The notes under the pieces were generated by a model that saw only the letters and a list, made by a program, of their open reading frames with translations, did not search any database and had not been told where the DNA came from. Shown here one piece after another: positions 21,576 through 30,714 of a DNA stretch of 36,245 bases. Source of the DNA: a virus; IMG/VR virus record IMGVR_UViG_3300045413_000158, positions 1 through 36,245 of that record. The stretch is one strand, 5' to 3'. The position numbers were made by a program, and so were the translations under genes. Within the stretch, counting starts at the first letter, position 1, and the number at the start of each line of letters is the position of its first letter.

Positions 21576-21922
21576 ACAATGAATTATCAAAATCACTCAT
21601 GTGCGTACAGATGCGTTCTGGTGTAGAAATTTGGCTCGAAGAAGACAAAGCGTCCAATTTACAAAATGCGCTTCAAAGTATCACCACGAGCAAGTTCGTT
21701 ATGCTTCCGGATGGAAGGCAGACAATCAATACTGCTGATATCGTTGGCGTATTTCTTGCCTCGACAATGGAGGAGACCACACGAAGAAAACTCGGAGAGT
21801 GGAAGTGCGCTAGCGGAAATTGGCATCAGAAGAAAGGAGAATGTTCATGTAGGGATTCTGTGCGTACTGATGAGCAAGAAGCGTTTTTCCGTGAAAACGG
21901 ATATTACAAAATTGGCTCATAG
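21572..21922 (+). CDS. Hypothetical protein (116 aa)
   Basis: ORF from the track, with an ATGA overlap onto the replication gene. Confidence 0.6.
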   Translation: MNNELSKSLMCVQMRSGVEIWLEEDKASNLQNALQSITTSKFVMLPDGRQTINTADIVGVFLASTMEETTRRKLGEWKCASGNWHQKKGECSCRDSVRTDEQEAFFRENGYYKIGS

Positions 21923-21924
21923 CT

Positions 21925-22326
21925 ATGTTTGATCTAGAAAAACTACGGGAATTGAGCAAAAAGGGTACGACCGGAAAATGGATTATTTCAGGTAATCCCG
22001 AGGAGGATTGTGTGGAATGTGTAATTGCATTGAAGGATGGCGGAACAATGAAATACAATTTTTATCTAGAAGACGTAGAACTATCTTGTTTTTTACATAA
22101 TTCTATTCCACTAATTCTCAAAGAACTCGAAGCAGGAAGGGAATTGGTGAAATCAATGAGAAAAATTGACTGTGAAGATCTTGATCTCGAGAAGGCAAAA
22201 AGCGAAGCGAATCCTGTCATGCGTGCAATGATGCAAGGTGCGTGTTCTTGTGTGAACGAGCAGAATACTAGATGGCGTTATCAGCGTGACTCTGCACTTT
22301 CAGAGTGGGAAAATTCTGTAAAATAA
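21925..22326 (+). CDS. Ead/Ea22-like protein
   Basis: 133 aa. LRELSKKGTTGKW...EDVELSCFLHNSIPLILKELEAGREL has the same layout as the N-terminus of the 15582..15959 protein. Confidence 0.5.
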   Translation: MFDLEKLRELSKKGTTGKWIISGNPEEDCVECVIALKDGGTMKYNFYLEDVELSCFLHNSIPLILKELEAGRELVKSMRKIDCEDLDLEKAKSEANPVMRAMMQGACSCVNEQNTRWRYQRDSALSEWENSVK

Positions 22327-22396
22327 AAAATGAAGCGTAGACACCCGTCGCTCCATTTCATGTCAGCAAGTTTGGTAGGTGATAGAATTATAGCAT

Positions 22397-22624
22397 ATGA
22401 AGAAAGACACAATAAACCTTCTTGAAGAGTATTTGCTCCAAGGTTTAGATGGGCATGACCCATATACGAAGCAAATGGAGTTTATTCGTGAGACTACGAA
22501 ACATTATATAAAGAATCGTGTAGAGGAATTTCGAAAGTCTCACACTTTTCCATGTGGTAACTGCTCAGAACCACATGAAGTTATTTTAGAAAATGGTGAA
22601 AAGGTTTTTGTGACGTGTTTATGA
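22397..22624 (+). CDS. Hypothetical protein (75 aa)
   Basis: ORF from the track with an ATG start. Confidence 0.55.
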   Translation: MKKDTINLLEEYLLQGLDGHDPYTKQMEFIRETTKHYIKNRVEEFRKSHTFPCGNCSEPHEVILENGEKVFVTCL

Positions 22625-22779
22625 AAATAATATTAGACGAGTGTTCTTTCGATGATTCCATGTGTAACGACGGTTTTGTGAGTATCGACATCGAAGGTAA
22701 GATTGCTACAGAAAGTGTTGACGAGCTATATAGGGCTATTTGTGCGATGAAAGCTACTCACACCATTCAAGAGAAATAA
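22621..22779 (+). CDS. Micro-ORF, 52 aa, acidic (MKIILDECSFDDSMCNDGFVSIDIEGKIATESVDELYRAICAMKATHTIQEK)
   Basis: Hand-translated, with an ATGA overlap onto the upstream gene. It fills the gap before the 22798 gene. Confidence 0.5.
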   Translation: MKIILDECSFDDSMCNDGFVSIDIEGKIATESVDELYRAICAMKATHTIQEK

Positions 22780-22797
22780 TGGTACAATAGTGGTGAT

Positions 22798-23118
22798 ATG
22801 GGACTATCCGAGAACAAAGTCACAGAACAGGTTCGTACCTTCCTCGAAGAACACGGATACTTGGTGTTTCGGATGCAATCGGGTCGCTTTCGAGGAGCAG
22901 GGGGTTGGATCACTATGAATCCGAAGGGTACACCGGATCTGTTAGCCATCCATAAAGGTACTCAGTCCGCTACGTTCATCGAAACGAAGACGAAGGATGG
23001 AAAGGCGAATAAAGACCAAAAACGCTTCCAGAACGATTATAGAGCTTTAGGAGGCACATCACTGATTGTTCACTCGCGTGGGGATTTAATTCAGCAATTA
23101 GGTTTTGAACAAATATGA
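22798..23118 (+). CDS. VRR-NUC domain nuclease (PD-(D/E)xK)
   Basis: 106 aa. GTPDLLAIHKG...ATFIETKTKDGKANKDQKRFQ matches the D...ExK core and the Q..F motif of VRR-NUC proteins. Confidence 0.75.
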   Translation: MGLSENKVTEQVRTFLEEHGYLVFRMQSGRFRGAGGWITMNPKGTPDLLAIHKGTQSATFIETKTKDGKANKDQKRFQNDYRALGGTSLIVHSRGDLIQQLGFEQI

Positions 23119-23315
23119 AAGAAATAACAATCATGGATTTTGATGATGGTGCAATGCCGACCATTCAATGCGACACAAATGGTTTTATCAAAGTTTTAGT
23201 AAAAGATATCGAGAATCTTGGTAGGATGCTTAATAACAATATTAGGAGTTTAGGCGTTCTTATTTATTATCAAGATAAAGAATCAGGTGAAATCAAAGTT
23301 TGGGATGGGGAATAA
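23115..23315 (+). CDS. Hypothetical protein (66 aa)
   Basis: ORF from the track, with an ATGA overlap onto the nuclease gene. Confidence 0.55.
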   Translation: MKEITIMDFDDGAMPTIQCDTNGFIKVLVKDIENLGRMLNNNIRSLGVLIYYQDKESGEIKVWDGE

Positions 23316-23316
23316 T

Positions 23317-23502
23317 ATGAACGAATACAAACAGGATAATGTGATTTTACTCGAAGAGGACGACGGATCACTCTATCTCTACGTCCAAGACGAGATCGCC
23401 ACGCTTGCGGTACAGGAACTCGCGATCCTTGACACCGAAGTCGATCGGATCATAGCTGTGTGTAAACAATACCGAGCGAAGTGGGGACGTGAGACGGAGT
23501 AA
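23317..23502 (+). CDS. Hypothetical acidic protein (61 aa)
   Basis: The start is taken at the TAATATG junction (ATG 23317). The track start at 23287 lies inside the upstream gene. Confidence 0.55.
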   Translation: MNEYKQDNVILLEEDDGSLYLYVQDEIATLAVQELAILDTEVDRIIAVCKQYRAKWGRETE

Positions 23503-23510
23503 AACATTAT

Positions 23511-23669
23511 ATGGGTCAATGGAAAAACAAGTCATGTACGAAAAACTTGCCACTCCACGACGAGGCATGGAAGAAGAAAATCACTATCGCTCACTTAATG
23601 TTGAAAGGTTACACACAGGAAGAAGCACAACATAAGGCAGATGTTTGGTATAATTCATGTGAGCAATAG
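23511..23669 (+). CDS. Micro-ORF, 52 aa (MGQWKNKSCTKNLPLHDEAWKKKITIAHLMLKGYTQEEAQHKADVWYNSCEQ)
   Basis: Hand-translated. It fills the gap between annotated ORFs on the operon strand. Confidence 0.45.
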   Translation: MGQWKNKSCTKNLPLHDEAWKKKITIAHLMLKGYTQEEAQHKADVWYNSCEQ

Positions 23670-23680
23670 CTCCGTTTTTC

Positions 23681-23764
23681 ATGAGCGAAAATCATGATAC
23701 GTCCGTGGATGTGACGGTTTCGACTCTCGCACTCCACACTGGACGTTTATTTCTCTCTTTATGA
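23681..23764 (+). CDS. Micro-ORF, 27 aa (MSENHDTSVDVTVSTLALHTGRLFLSL)
   Basis: Hand-translated. The only support is its ATGA overlap with the 23761 start. Confidence 0.25.
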   Translation: MSENHDTSVDVTVSTLALHTGRLFLSL

Positions 23765-23979
23765 TGAAAGCACCATTAAAACAGTTTGAAGATGTTATTG
23801 CGACATTACGTGCCCAGGGAGCAACAGATGAAACGATGATCGTTCTCTCCCTTCGTGTGAATGAGGTGAAATTCACACCAGAACCCGCAACGGTTCCTCT
23901 TGCGCCAGAAGGACAACCAAAACCAATGATTGATGAGTCTGCTCCAGAACCAGCTCCGGCTTCCGAAGAAGCAAAATAA
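23761..23979 (+). CDS. Hypothetical protein with a Pro/Glu/Ala-rich tail (72 aa)
   Basis: ORF from the track, on the operon strand. Confidence 0.55.
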   Translation: MMKAPLKQFEDVIATLRAQGATDETMIVLSLRVNEVKFTPEPATVPLAPEGQPKPMIDESAPEPAPASEEAK

Positions 23980-23981
23980 AT

Positions 23982-24197
23982 ATGCTCGAAGGTATCATGG
24001 AAAAATTTGGGTATATTCCTTCTGAACGCTTTGAGAAAATGTATAGTGATCTCCTTCAAGAGATTCGTTTACAGAGCCAGCTCATCCATCAGAAGGAAAC
24101 AACGATCCAAGAGTTAGCGGAGCAGGTACGAAAATACGCTCCTGTTCCAAAGAAGCGCGGTCGTCCAGCAAAGAAGAAAGAAGACATTGTCGTGTAA
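23982..24197 (+). CDS. Small protein with a C-terminal AT-hook-like motif (KKRGRPAKKK)
   Basis: 71 aa. A coiled-coil segment is followed by an RGRP core. A DNA-binding role is inferred from the motif only. Confidence 0.5.
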   Translation: MLEGIMEKFGYIPSERFEKMYSDLLQEIRLQSQLIHQKETTIQELAEQVRKYAPVPKKRGRPAKKKEDIVV

Positions 24198-24199
24198 TT

Positions 24200-24322
24200 A
24201 TGAAGACAGTCGCATCCCTCATTGAGGATTTACAGAAGCTCCCACCAGATTCCGAAATTACTTTTCAAGTCACGATCGCAGTAAAAGAGAATCAGAATAC
24301 AGAAGAAGCTCCCGTGGAATAA
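24200..24322 (+). CDS. Micro-ORF, 40 aa, acidic (MKTVASLIEDLQKLPPDSEITFQVTIAVKENQNTEEAPVE)
   Basis: Hand-translated. It starts 2 nt after the upstream stop (TAATTATG). Confidence 0.45.
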   Translation: MKTVASLIEDLQKLPPDSEITFQVTIAVKENQNTEEAPVE

Positions 24323-24336
24323 CCATGGGATAATGT

Positions 24337-24657
24337 ATGTGGAGCATCAGGAGAAAAAAAGATCTAAACGCAATCCACATACCAGGACGACGTTCGAGTA
24401 GGGATTTTGTCGAACATGCGTTGTGGGAGTACGATATGCTCAACGTACTTCACAAGAAAGTAGCGGTGTATTGTCCTCTCTGCTTTTGTTGGTATATTCC
24501 CGAAGGATATGAGCGTACATGCTCGAATGCTCAATGTGATAATTTTGAACGAGATGTCGAATTTGTTTATCCGAAGTATCATGAAGAAGAAAATCTCCGC
24601 CTTGTGCGATATGAGATGTATCGCCTCCCACCGGAGAAATATAAAAAGAAATACTAA
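24337..24657 (+). CDS. Cys-rich hypothetical protein (106 aa)
   Basis: ORF from the track. CPLCFC...CSNAQC suggests metal binding. Confidence 0.55.
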   Translation: MWSIRRKKDLNAIHIPGRRSSRDFVEHALWEYDMLNVLHKKVAVYCPLCFCWYIPEGYERTCSNAQCDNFERDVEFVYPKYHEEENLRLVRYEMYRLPPEKYKKKY

Positions 24658-24731
24658 AATTTGTGGCAGAAACAAATCCTTATGGGGCAAATCAGCACAC
24701 CAGACCTAAGATAAGCAGTGTGTAATGTGGT

Positions 24732-25832
24732 ATGAAGATATCTGAAATAAAAACTTCATTACTGATCCCATATAGTAGAAATGCAAAAAAGCATCCGAAG
24801 GATCAGATTGAGAAAATAGCGGCATCGATTAAACAATTTGGATTTCGTCAGCCACTCGTTATTGATAAAGAAAACGTGGTTGTTATTGGACATGGAAGAT
24901 TGGAAGCAGCAAAGGTACTGAAGCTTGAAACTGTGCCATGTCATTACGCAGATAATCTCACGAAAGATGAGATAAATGCGCTAAGACTAGCGGATAATAA
25001 GCTCAATGAAAGTGAATGGGACATCGAACTTGTGCAGATGGAGTTAGATGAGATTTCTGAAGAACTCCGACCACTCACGGGGTTTGATTCGATGGACATT
25101 ACAAAGGGTGAGGACGACGATTTCGATACTACACCAGCCGTCGGGGAACCTAAGGCCAAGATGGGCGACGTATACGCGCTAGGCGAGCATCGTTTGATGT
25201 GCGGTGACAGTACGAAACTGGAAGATGTGGAGAAACTGATGGGAGGGGAGAAGGCGGATATGGTATTTACAGACCCGCCTTATGGTATTTCACACTCTGG
25301 AAAAGGTATTGAAGGGGTTGTTCAAGGGAATGATTTTGGAGAGATTTTAGGTGATGGGGATGTAAATATCGCAAAAGAGGCCGTAAGAATTTTGTTAGAC
25401 ATGGGCGTCCCGAGTGTTATTTGGGGAGCAAATTATTTTCCATCAGTTTTTGAGGACGGTCATGGATGGATTGTATGGGATAAACAACGTGAAGGGGATA
25501 TTTGGTCTGGCGCGGAAATTGCCTATTCTAATATAGGCGTTCGTGTAGATATTTTTCGTCATCAATGGCATGGGATGGTGAAGGAAAGCGAACACGGAGA
25601 AAAGCGCATACATCCAACGCAAAAACCAATTGCGCTCGTAAATTGGTGTATAGAACGCGTTGGTAATCCGCGTATAATTTTGGATGTATTCGGCGGTTCT
25701 GGTTCGACTCTCGTTGCCTGTGAGCAGACAGGTCGCAAATGCCGCATGATGGAGTTAGACCCGAAATACGTGGATGTCATCATCACACGATGGGAGAAAC
25801 TTACCGGTAAAAAAGCAGAGTTAATCAGCTAG
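24732..25832 (+). CDS. ParB-like nuclease domain fused to a DNA methyltransferase (N6A/N4C, DPPY type)
   Basis: 366 aa. The N-terminus has QPLVID...VVIGHGRLEAAKVL (ParB N-domain). The centre has MVFTDPPYG, and the C-terminus ILDVFGGSGSTLVACEQTGRKCRMMELD (AdoMet-binding motif). Confidence 0.85.
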   Translation: MKISEIKTSLLIPYSRNAKKHPKDQIEKIAASIKQFGFRQPLVIDKENVVVIGHGRLEAAKVLKLETVPCHYADNLTKDEINALRLADNKLNESEWDIELVQMELDEISEELRPLTGFDSMDITKGEDDDFDTTPAVGEPKAKMGDVYALGEHRLMCGDSTKLEDVEKLMGGEKADMVFTDPPYGISHSGKGIEGVVQGNDFGEILGDGDVNIAKEAVRILLDMGVPSVIWGANYFPSVFEDGHGWIVWDKQREGDIWSGAEIAYSNIGVRVDIFRHQWHGMVKESEHGEKRIHPTQKPIALVNWCIERVGNPRIILDVFGGSGSTLVACEQTGRKCRMMELDPKYVDVIITRWEKLTGKKAELIS

Positions 25833-25835
25833 TAT

Positions 25836-26228
25836 ATGGCACAGGGGATTGCTAGGAATAAGGAAGAAGTTCTCGAAGTATTACGACCATACTTCCAGCT
25901 TGGATGTAGTGTTAATAAAGCCTGTAAGTATGCAGGCATACCTGAGTCTACTGTAGATACATGGTTAGCAGCAGATGACGATCTTCGGGCAAAAGTAGTC
26001 GCATGGCAGAACGAAATTAACGCTAAGGCTCGCGCAAATTGGCGTGCGAAGATTGCATCTGGTGACTTTGAACCATCGAAACAATGGCTCGAACGTACGG
26101 AGAAAGATGATTTCAGTATAAAGACCGAGACTGATATTACAACGGGTGGTGAGAAGATAAACGGTGATATAGTAGAAAAGGTAACGAGTGCACTCGATGA
26201 GTACTTTGCTCAAAGAAATACTCAGTAA
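25836..26228 (+). CDS. terS: Terminase small subunit (putative)
   Basis: 130 aa with an N-terminal helix-turn-helix-like segment (CSVNKACKYAGIPESTVDTWL). It lies directly upstream of, and overlaps, the large terminase gene. Confidence 0.6.
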   Translation: MAQGIARNKEEVLEVLRPYFQLGCSVNKACKYAGIPESTVDTWLAADDDLRAKVVAWQNEINAKARANWRAKIASGDFEPSKQWLERTEKDDFSIKTETDITTGGEKINGDIVEKVTSALDEYFAQRNTQ

Positions 26229-27762
26229 CGGAACCGACGCTGAGAAGAAAGCTCTCTTTCAATTTTCCTCACAGGATAATGAGGAGAGGATTTTATTGAA
26301 GTTTAATCTTTGGGCGCGGTACTTCATGCCTCAATACTTTGAGAGTCCGGATGCACCATTTCACGAGGATATTAACCGGAACAATCTCCAAGCATATCGA
26401 GGTGCACTGGATTATTTTGTTGATATTGCATTTCGTGGTGCTGGTAAGGACGTAAAGACTAAGCTCTTTATTGCATATACAATCCTCAACGATACTGAGC
26501 ATACTCGGAAGTATTACAAGATTTTATCAGCAGACCTTACAAATGCACGACAATCTGTCACAGACATTTACAATATGTTCGTGAACCCACGTGTGATTGC
26601 GATGTATCCCGATACGCTGCAAAAGACGCAGTACAAAAGGGAAGAACAGATGGGATCATTTACGACTGCATCGGGGATTAAAGTGATTGCAGATACGGTA
26701 GGAACAGAACAACGGGGTGCAATCCAGGAAGCAACACGTCCCGATTTTGTTTGGCTGAACGATTTTGAAACACGCAAGACACTCCGTTCAGCGATTATTA
26801 CGCGTGCTATATGGGATAACATGGAAGAAGCACGAACCGGTCTCCAGAAAGGCGGAGCGATGGTTTTTACTTGTAATTATATTTCTGAGCTTGGGAATGT
26901 TCATCGGCTTGTTACAGAGAAGAAAAGCCCACGGAAGAAGGTGCTGATTGTTCCAATACGCAATGACGATGGTGTTGTTGCCTGGAGCCGGTATACGAAA
27001 GAGGATATTGCGGAAATGGAACGGACGGATGATGACTTCGAGGGGGAACGTCTTTGTAAGCCTTCAGCATCAAGGGATGTTTTATTTGACCGCGAGAGGT
27101 TAGATGCAATGCCGACACCACAGCCAAAGCGAGAGAGTGCAGGATTTAAGATATTTAAGGAGTTTGATCCGTCCCATCGCTATGGGAGTGGCCATGATGT
27201 TGCAGGGGGAGTTGGGCTTGATAGCTCAACATCGGTGTTTATTGATTTTGATGTAGTGCCTGCACAAGTTGTTGGTACATTTTATTCAAATACATTACAG
27301 CCAGAGCCGTTTGGTGCTGAGGTATATCGCGAAGGGCAGATATTCGGTGGATGTATTCAAGCAATCGAGAATAATAAGTTTGACCAAGCAATCCTTAAGG
27401 CAAGACAGATGGGGGCAAATCTCTTCATGACGCAACCAAAGGATACGAAAGTGGATCATACAATGCCGACAACATATGGGTGGAATACGAACAGTCTGAC
27501 AAAGCCAAAGATGCTTTTAGCACTTGCAAAGGCGATTGAGGACGGTTTTATTCAGCTCAATGATCCTGACCTTATCCAAGAGGCAAGAAGCTATTCCCGT
27601 AATGATCTTATGGATAGAGAGGAAGATCCTCGACTTACAACAAGACACTTTGATCTTTTGACGGCATGTGCTATTGCATGGCAAATGAAGGACTTTGCAT
27701 TTAATGCTATGATCAATAGGAAACAACATAAAACAAATGTAAAACTTACCAAGTGGGGATAA
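26197..27762 (+). CDS. terL: Terminase large subunit
   Basis: 521 aa from the first ATG (the track start at 26188 is a GTG). It has the Walker A-like FRGAGKDVKT, the Walker B-like PDFVWLNDFE and a C-terminal nuclease-sized domain. It sits upstream of the portal gene. Confidence 0.8.
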   Translation: MSTLLKEILSNGTDAEKKALFQFSSQDNEERILLKFNLWARYFMPQYFESPDAPFHEDINRNNLQAYRGALDYFVDIAFRGAGKDVKTKLFIAYTILNDTEHTRKYYKILSADLTNARQSVTDIYNMFVNPRVIAMYPDTLQKTQYKREEQMGSFTTASGIKVIADTVGTEQRGAIQEATRPDFVWLNDFETRKTLRSAIITRAIWDNMEEARTGLQKGGAMVFTCNYISELGNVHRLVTEKKSPRKKVLIVPIRNDDGVVAWSRYTKEDIAEMERTDDDFEGERLCKPSASRDVLFDRERLDAMPTPQPKRESAGFKIFKEFDPSHRYGSGHDVAGGVGLDSSTSVFIDFDVVPAQVVGTFYSNTLQPEPFGAEVYREGQIFGGCIQAIENNKFDQAILKARQMGANLFMTQPKDTKVDHTMPTTYGWNTNSLTKPKMLLALAKAIEDGFIQLNDPDLIQEARSYSRNDLMDREEDPRLTTRHFDLLTACAIAWQMKDFAFNAMINRKQHKTNVKLTKWG

Positions 27763-27763
27763 T

Positions 27764-29782
27764 ATGGACTCAAGGCTTAAAGATAAGCTCGTTCATGTCG
27801 CACTGCGACAGTTACAAGAGGGACTTCGTGCGCAAAGCAGACGAATGAAGATCATTCAAGAGATTAGTGACTTGTACAATAATAAAACGATCGAGCTTGA
27901 TAGTGACATGGTAAATATTCCATTTCCTATTCTTGCCGGAATGGTGGATCAGTTCTACGCAAAGATTGATAATCCTCCAACGCTTGAGTTTAAGATACCG
28001 AATAAACCAACACTTTCTGGGAAGATCCAAGCGGCATGGACACAGGAAATGAGTAGTACAAAAGCCGGATGGAAACGGAAAGATCGCGCCGAAAAGAAGA
28101 TTGCATTGTTGAGTGGTCGGGGGGTTTCGAAGTGTTTTGCTTCCTCAATGGAGAATCAATACCGTAGCCACATGGAAGTGGTTGATATTTTTTCATTTGT
28201 TGCTGACCCAACACGAGGATTCCTAGAGGACGGTAACTATCATGGTGAGACAGATATTTTCAAGACCCATTCTCAGTTGAAGGCAGGTATTCAAGCCGGT
28301 ATTTATGATGCTGAGGCAGTGCGATCATTGATGGATAGGAAAGACACAGAAAGAGATGGGAATAGTCTTGTCGTCCAATATAAGTTCGATCGCTTAAAGA
28401 CAATGGGAGTTGATGTACAGACAACCTCATTTGCTGGTCAAGAGGGAGTAAACATGACGGAATGGATAATGCGTCATGACAATATCTGGTACTACATGTT
28501 TTTTGATCCTATTTCTGGTATTTGTGTGCGATGTGAGCCTCTTCAAAAGATTTTCATGAGTGGCAAAACTCCATTTACGTCATGGGCAACGCATCCCGAT
28601 GAGTTTAATTACTGGTCAAAGGGTGTTTGTGATGATATTTACCCAATGGCTGAGGCAATTCGATTGATTCTCAATAATGCGCTTGAGAATGAAAAGCGAC
28701 GAACACGCCCAATGCGAATTGTTGAAGGGGGAGCATTCATGGATGTGAATGACTTACAGGATTATGTTCCGGATAATGTGATCGTTACACAAACAGGACG
28801 ACAGCCGAACATCATTACGGTAGAAACACCAGAAACAAAGACAACGATCAACATGATCGAGTTCCTCGATGGGATGATTCAGAATAAGAGTGGTGTATCC
28901 GATCCATCGATTGATGAGGCGAGTACGAAAGTCGGTGTGTACTATGGCCGCTTGCAGCAAGAAGCGGATCGTATCGGATCGATCAACAAAGAGTATTCAG
29001 AAAGCTATGCACATAAAGGATACCGATTCTTCTGGGGGCTGAAACAACATCTTTCTGGACCAAAACAAATCGAGATGCTTGGTAAAGATGGCATTAAACT
29101 TCAACAACTCACGAAGTTTGATTTCAAAGATGTGGATGATGTGGATGACGTTATTGTATCTGGTGGTTCGCAAGAGGCTGAAACGACCGCCGTCGAACAA
29201 AAGACAAAACTTGAGGCAATATCACAACTCACTGCGTCATATCCCGATAAGCTCAATCCTGAATGGGTTATCTCAACAGTACTGAAATACTCTTCCTTTG
29301 AAGAGGAGGATATTCGTAATGCCCTTAATGCAGATGGTTATGTTGCTCGTGAGTCATGTGAACATGCAGATCAATCGATCCAGTCAATTCTTCTTGGAGA
29401 AACCCCGAACCTCTATATGGGTGCTGATATTGATTTTATTCAGCGCATTATTGATTACGTCCGTGAAGATTTGAATTACGTTAAATTGAATGAGAAAGGT
29501 CAAGAAATCGGTATTGATAAAAAGATGAAAGATCAGGCTGATAAGCTCCTTGCTTATGTTGATGCCCATCAGCGTATTGTTATGGAAAATATGCAAATGA
29601 AGGCGCAGAAAGTATCTATGGCGCAACAGATTATTCCGCAAGGTGGAGCGGTCGATGTTCAACCGGCAATGGGTCAAGCATCGCAGCAAGCCGCAGCAAT
29701 GCCAGGGAGCGGATCAGCACCAATGGGAACACCACAAGGGACACAGGCTTTGAGTGCAAGAATTACTAATGCTGTGACATAG
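27764..29782 (+). CDS. Portal protein
   Basis: 672 aa, immediately after terL via a TAATATG junction. Size and position are typical, and the C-terminus is Gln/Ala/Gly-rich. Confidence 0.7.
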   Translation: MDSRLKDKLVHVALRQLQEGLRAQSRRMKIIQEISDLYNNKTIELDSDMVNIPFPILAGMVDQFYAKIDNPPTLEFKIPNKPTLSGKIQAAWTQEMSSTKAGWKRKDRAEKKIALLSGRGVSKCFASSMENQYRSHMEVVDIFSFVADPTRGFLEDGNYHGETDIFKTHSQLKAGIQAGIYDAEAVRSLMDRKDTERDGNSLVVQYKFDRLKTMGVDVQTTSFAGQEGVNMTEWIMRHDNIWYYMFFDPISGICVRCEPLQKIFMSGKTPFTSWATHPDEFNYWSKGVCDDIYPMAEAIRLILNNALENEKRRTRPMRIVEGGAFMDVNDLQDYVPDNVIVTQTGRQPNIITVETPETKTTINMIEFLDGMIQNKSGVSDPSIDEASTKVGVYYGRLQQEADRIGSINKEYSESYAHKGYRFFWGLKQHLSGPKQIEMLGKDGIKLQQLTKFDFKDVDDVDDVIVSGGSQEAETTAVEQKTKLEAISQLTASYPDKLNPEWVISTVLKYSSFEEEDIRNALNADGYVARESCEHADQSIQSILLGETPNLYMGADIDFIQRIIDYVREDLNYVKLNEKGQEIGIDKKMKDQADKLLAYVDAHQRIVMENMQMKAQKVSMAQQIIPQGGAVDVQPAMGQASQQAAAMPGSGSAPMGTPQGTQALSARITNAVT

Positions 29783-29783
29783 T

Positions 29784-30098
29784 ATGGACTTTCAAGCACT
29801 CCGAGAGAAAAATCCACACCTTTCAAAACGGATTGACGCATGGGAGAAAACCGTGCGTCTCTCGGAGATTGCTTTGGAGACACAAAATAATCCAATCATT
29901 GAGGAAATATTGCGAGGACTCCACGAAAGTATTGAGTTTATCAATTCTAAACTCATCACTGATGAAAAAATGACACAAGAAGAACGACTTATTTTCTTTG
30001 CACGACGTGAATGCTATCAGTGGGTCATGGATAAATTCACTGGTACGATTGAAGCAGGGAAATCTTTAGAAAAGAATCTTAGAAGGAAATATGAATAA
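29784..30098 (+). CDS. Hypothetical head-module protein (104 aa)
   Basis: ORF from the track with a TAGTATG junction. Confidence 0.55.
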   Translation: MDFQALREKNPHLSKRIDAWEKTVRLSEIALETQNNPIIEEILRGLHESIEFINSKLITDEKMTQEERLIFFARRECYQWVMDKFTGTIEAGKSLEKNLRRKYE

Positions 30099-30504
30099 AG
30101 AGGAAATGCAGAAATCTCTTGATGCACAAGGTATAAAGTACGATAAACGATGGGCTGAACCGAAACTGAAAGAGTTTTATGATGCAAATGAATTAAAGAT
30201 TAAGACGATCATAGAAGAAGTTTCTGGAAAGAATGATCGACCTATTGAAAACCTTACTTCAACACTGGATCGAACAGGTAAATTTCCTGTCACTCCAGGT
30301 GGTATTGCAATTCCATGGAGTGTAATGAAGGGATTTGAGAAAACAAAATGGACATATTCATTGAAGAAACTTGCAACGAAGTGCGTTGTTCAAAGAATGA
30401 TGTATAATGGGGTTTGTGAAGATGTGAGAGAATATTCACAGAATGATCACGGTGAAAGATACCTTGATCTCGCAGAACAATTTGTCCGTAAAAATAATCA
30501 GTAG
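30091..30504 (+). CDS. Hypothetical protein (137 aa) with an HeH/SAP-like N-terminal motif
   Basis: MQKSLDAQGIKYDKRWAEPKLKEFY resembles HeH/SAP helix-extension-helix motifs. This is a weak call. Confidence 0.5.
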   Translation: MNKEEMQKSLDAQGIKYDKRWAEPKLKEFYDANELKIKTIIEEVSGKNDRPIENLTSTLDRTGKFPVTPGGIAIPWSVMKGFEKTKWTYSLKKLATKCVVQRMMYNGVCEDVREYSQNDHGERYLDLAEQFVRKNNQ

Positions 30505-30591
30505 TTCTCTTACAATCATCAACGACGTCACTTGGAAGTACTGCGCTGGCTTCTGAGGGGTATATCGTCGTTGAGTATCCTTTGGCTCCAG

Positions 30592-30623
30592 CCCCGTACT
30601 CCTAAGGTACGGGGTTTTCGTTT
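30592..30623 (+). terminator. Intrinsic terminator upstream of the scaffold/capsid genes
   Basis: CCCCGTAC-tcctaag-GTACGGGG followed by TTTTCGTTT. Confidence 0.7.
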
Positions 30624-30714
30624 ATGCGTGGACGCGCGATACAAACCACTTTAGTTTTCGGAGCCAAACTCAAAGGCTGACCGCCACAGTCAAGTGGATT
30701 TCAAATCTTTCTCT

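Noticed and set aside
23679-24059. A - strand ORF of 126 aa.
   Set aside because: It runs antisense across three + strand genes that are linked by ATGA and TAA-ATG junctions. There is no - strand context.
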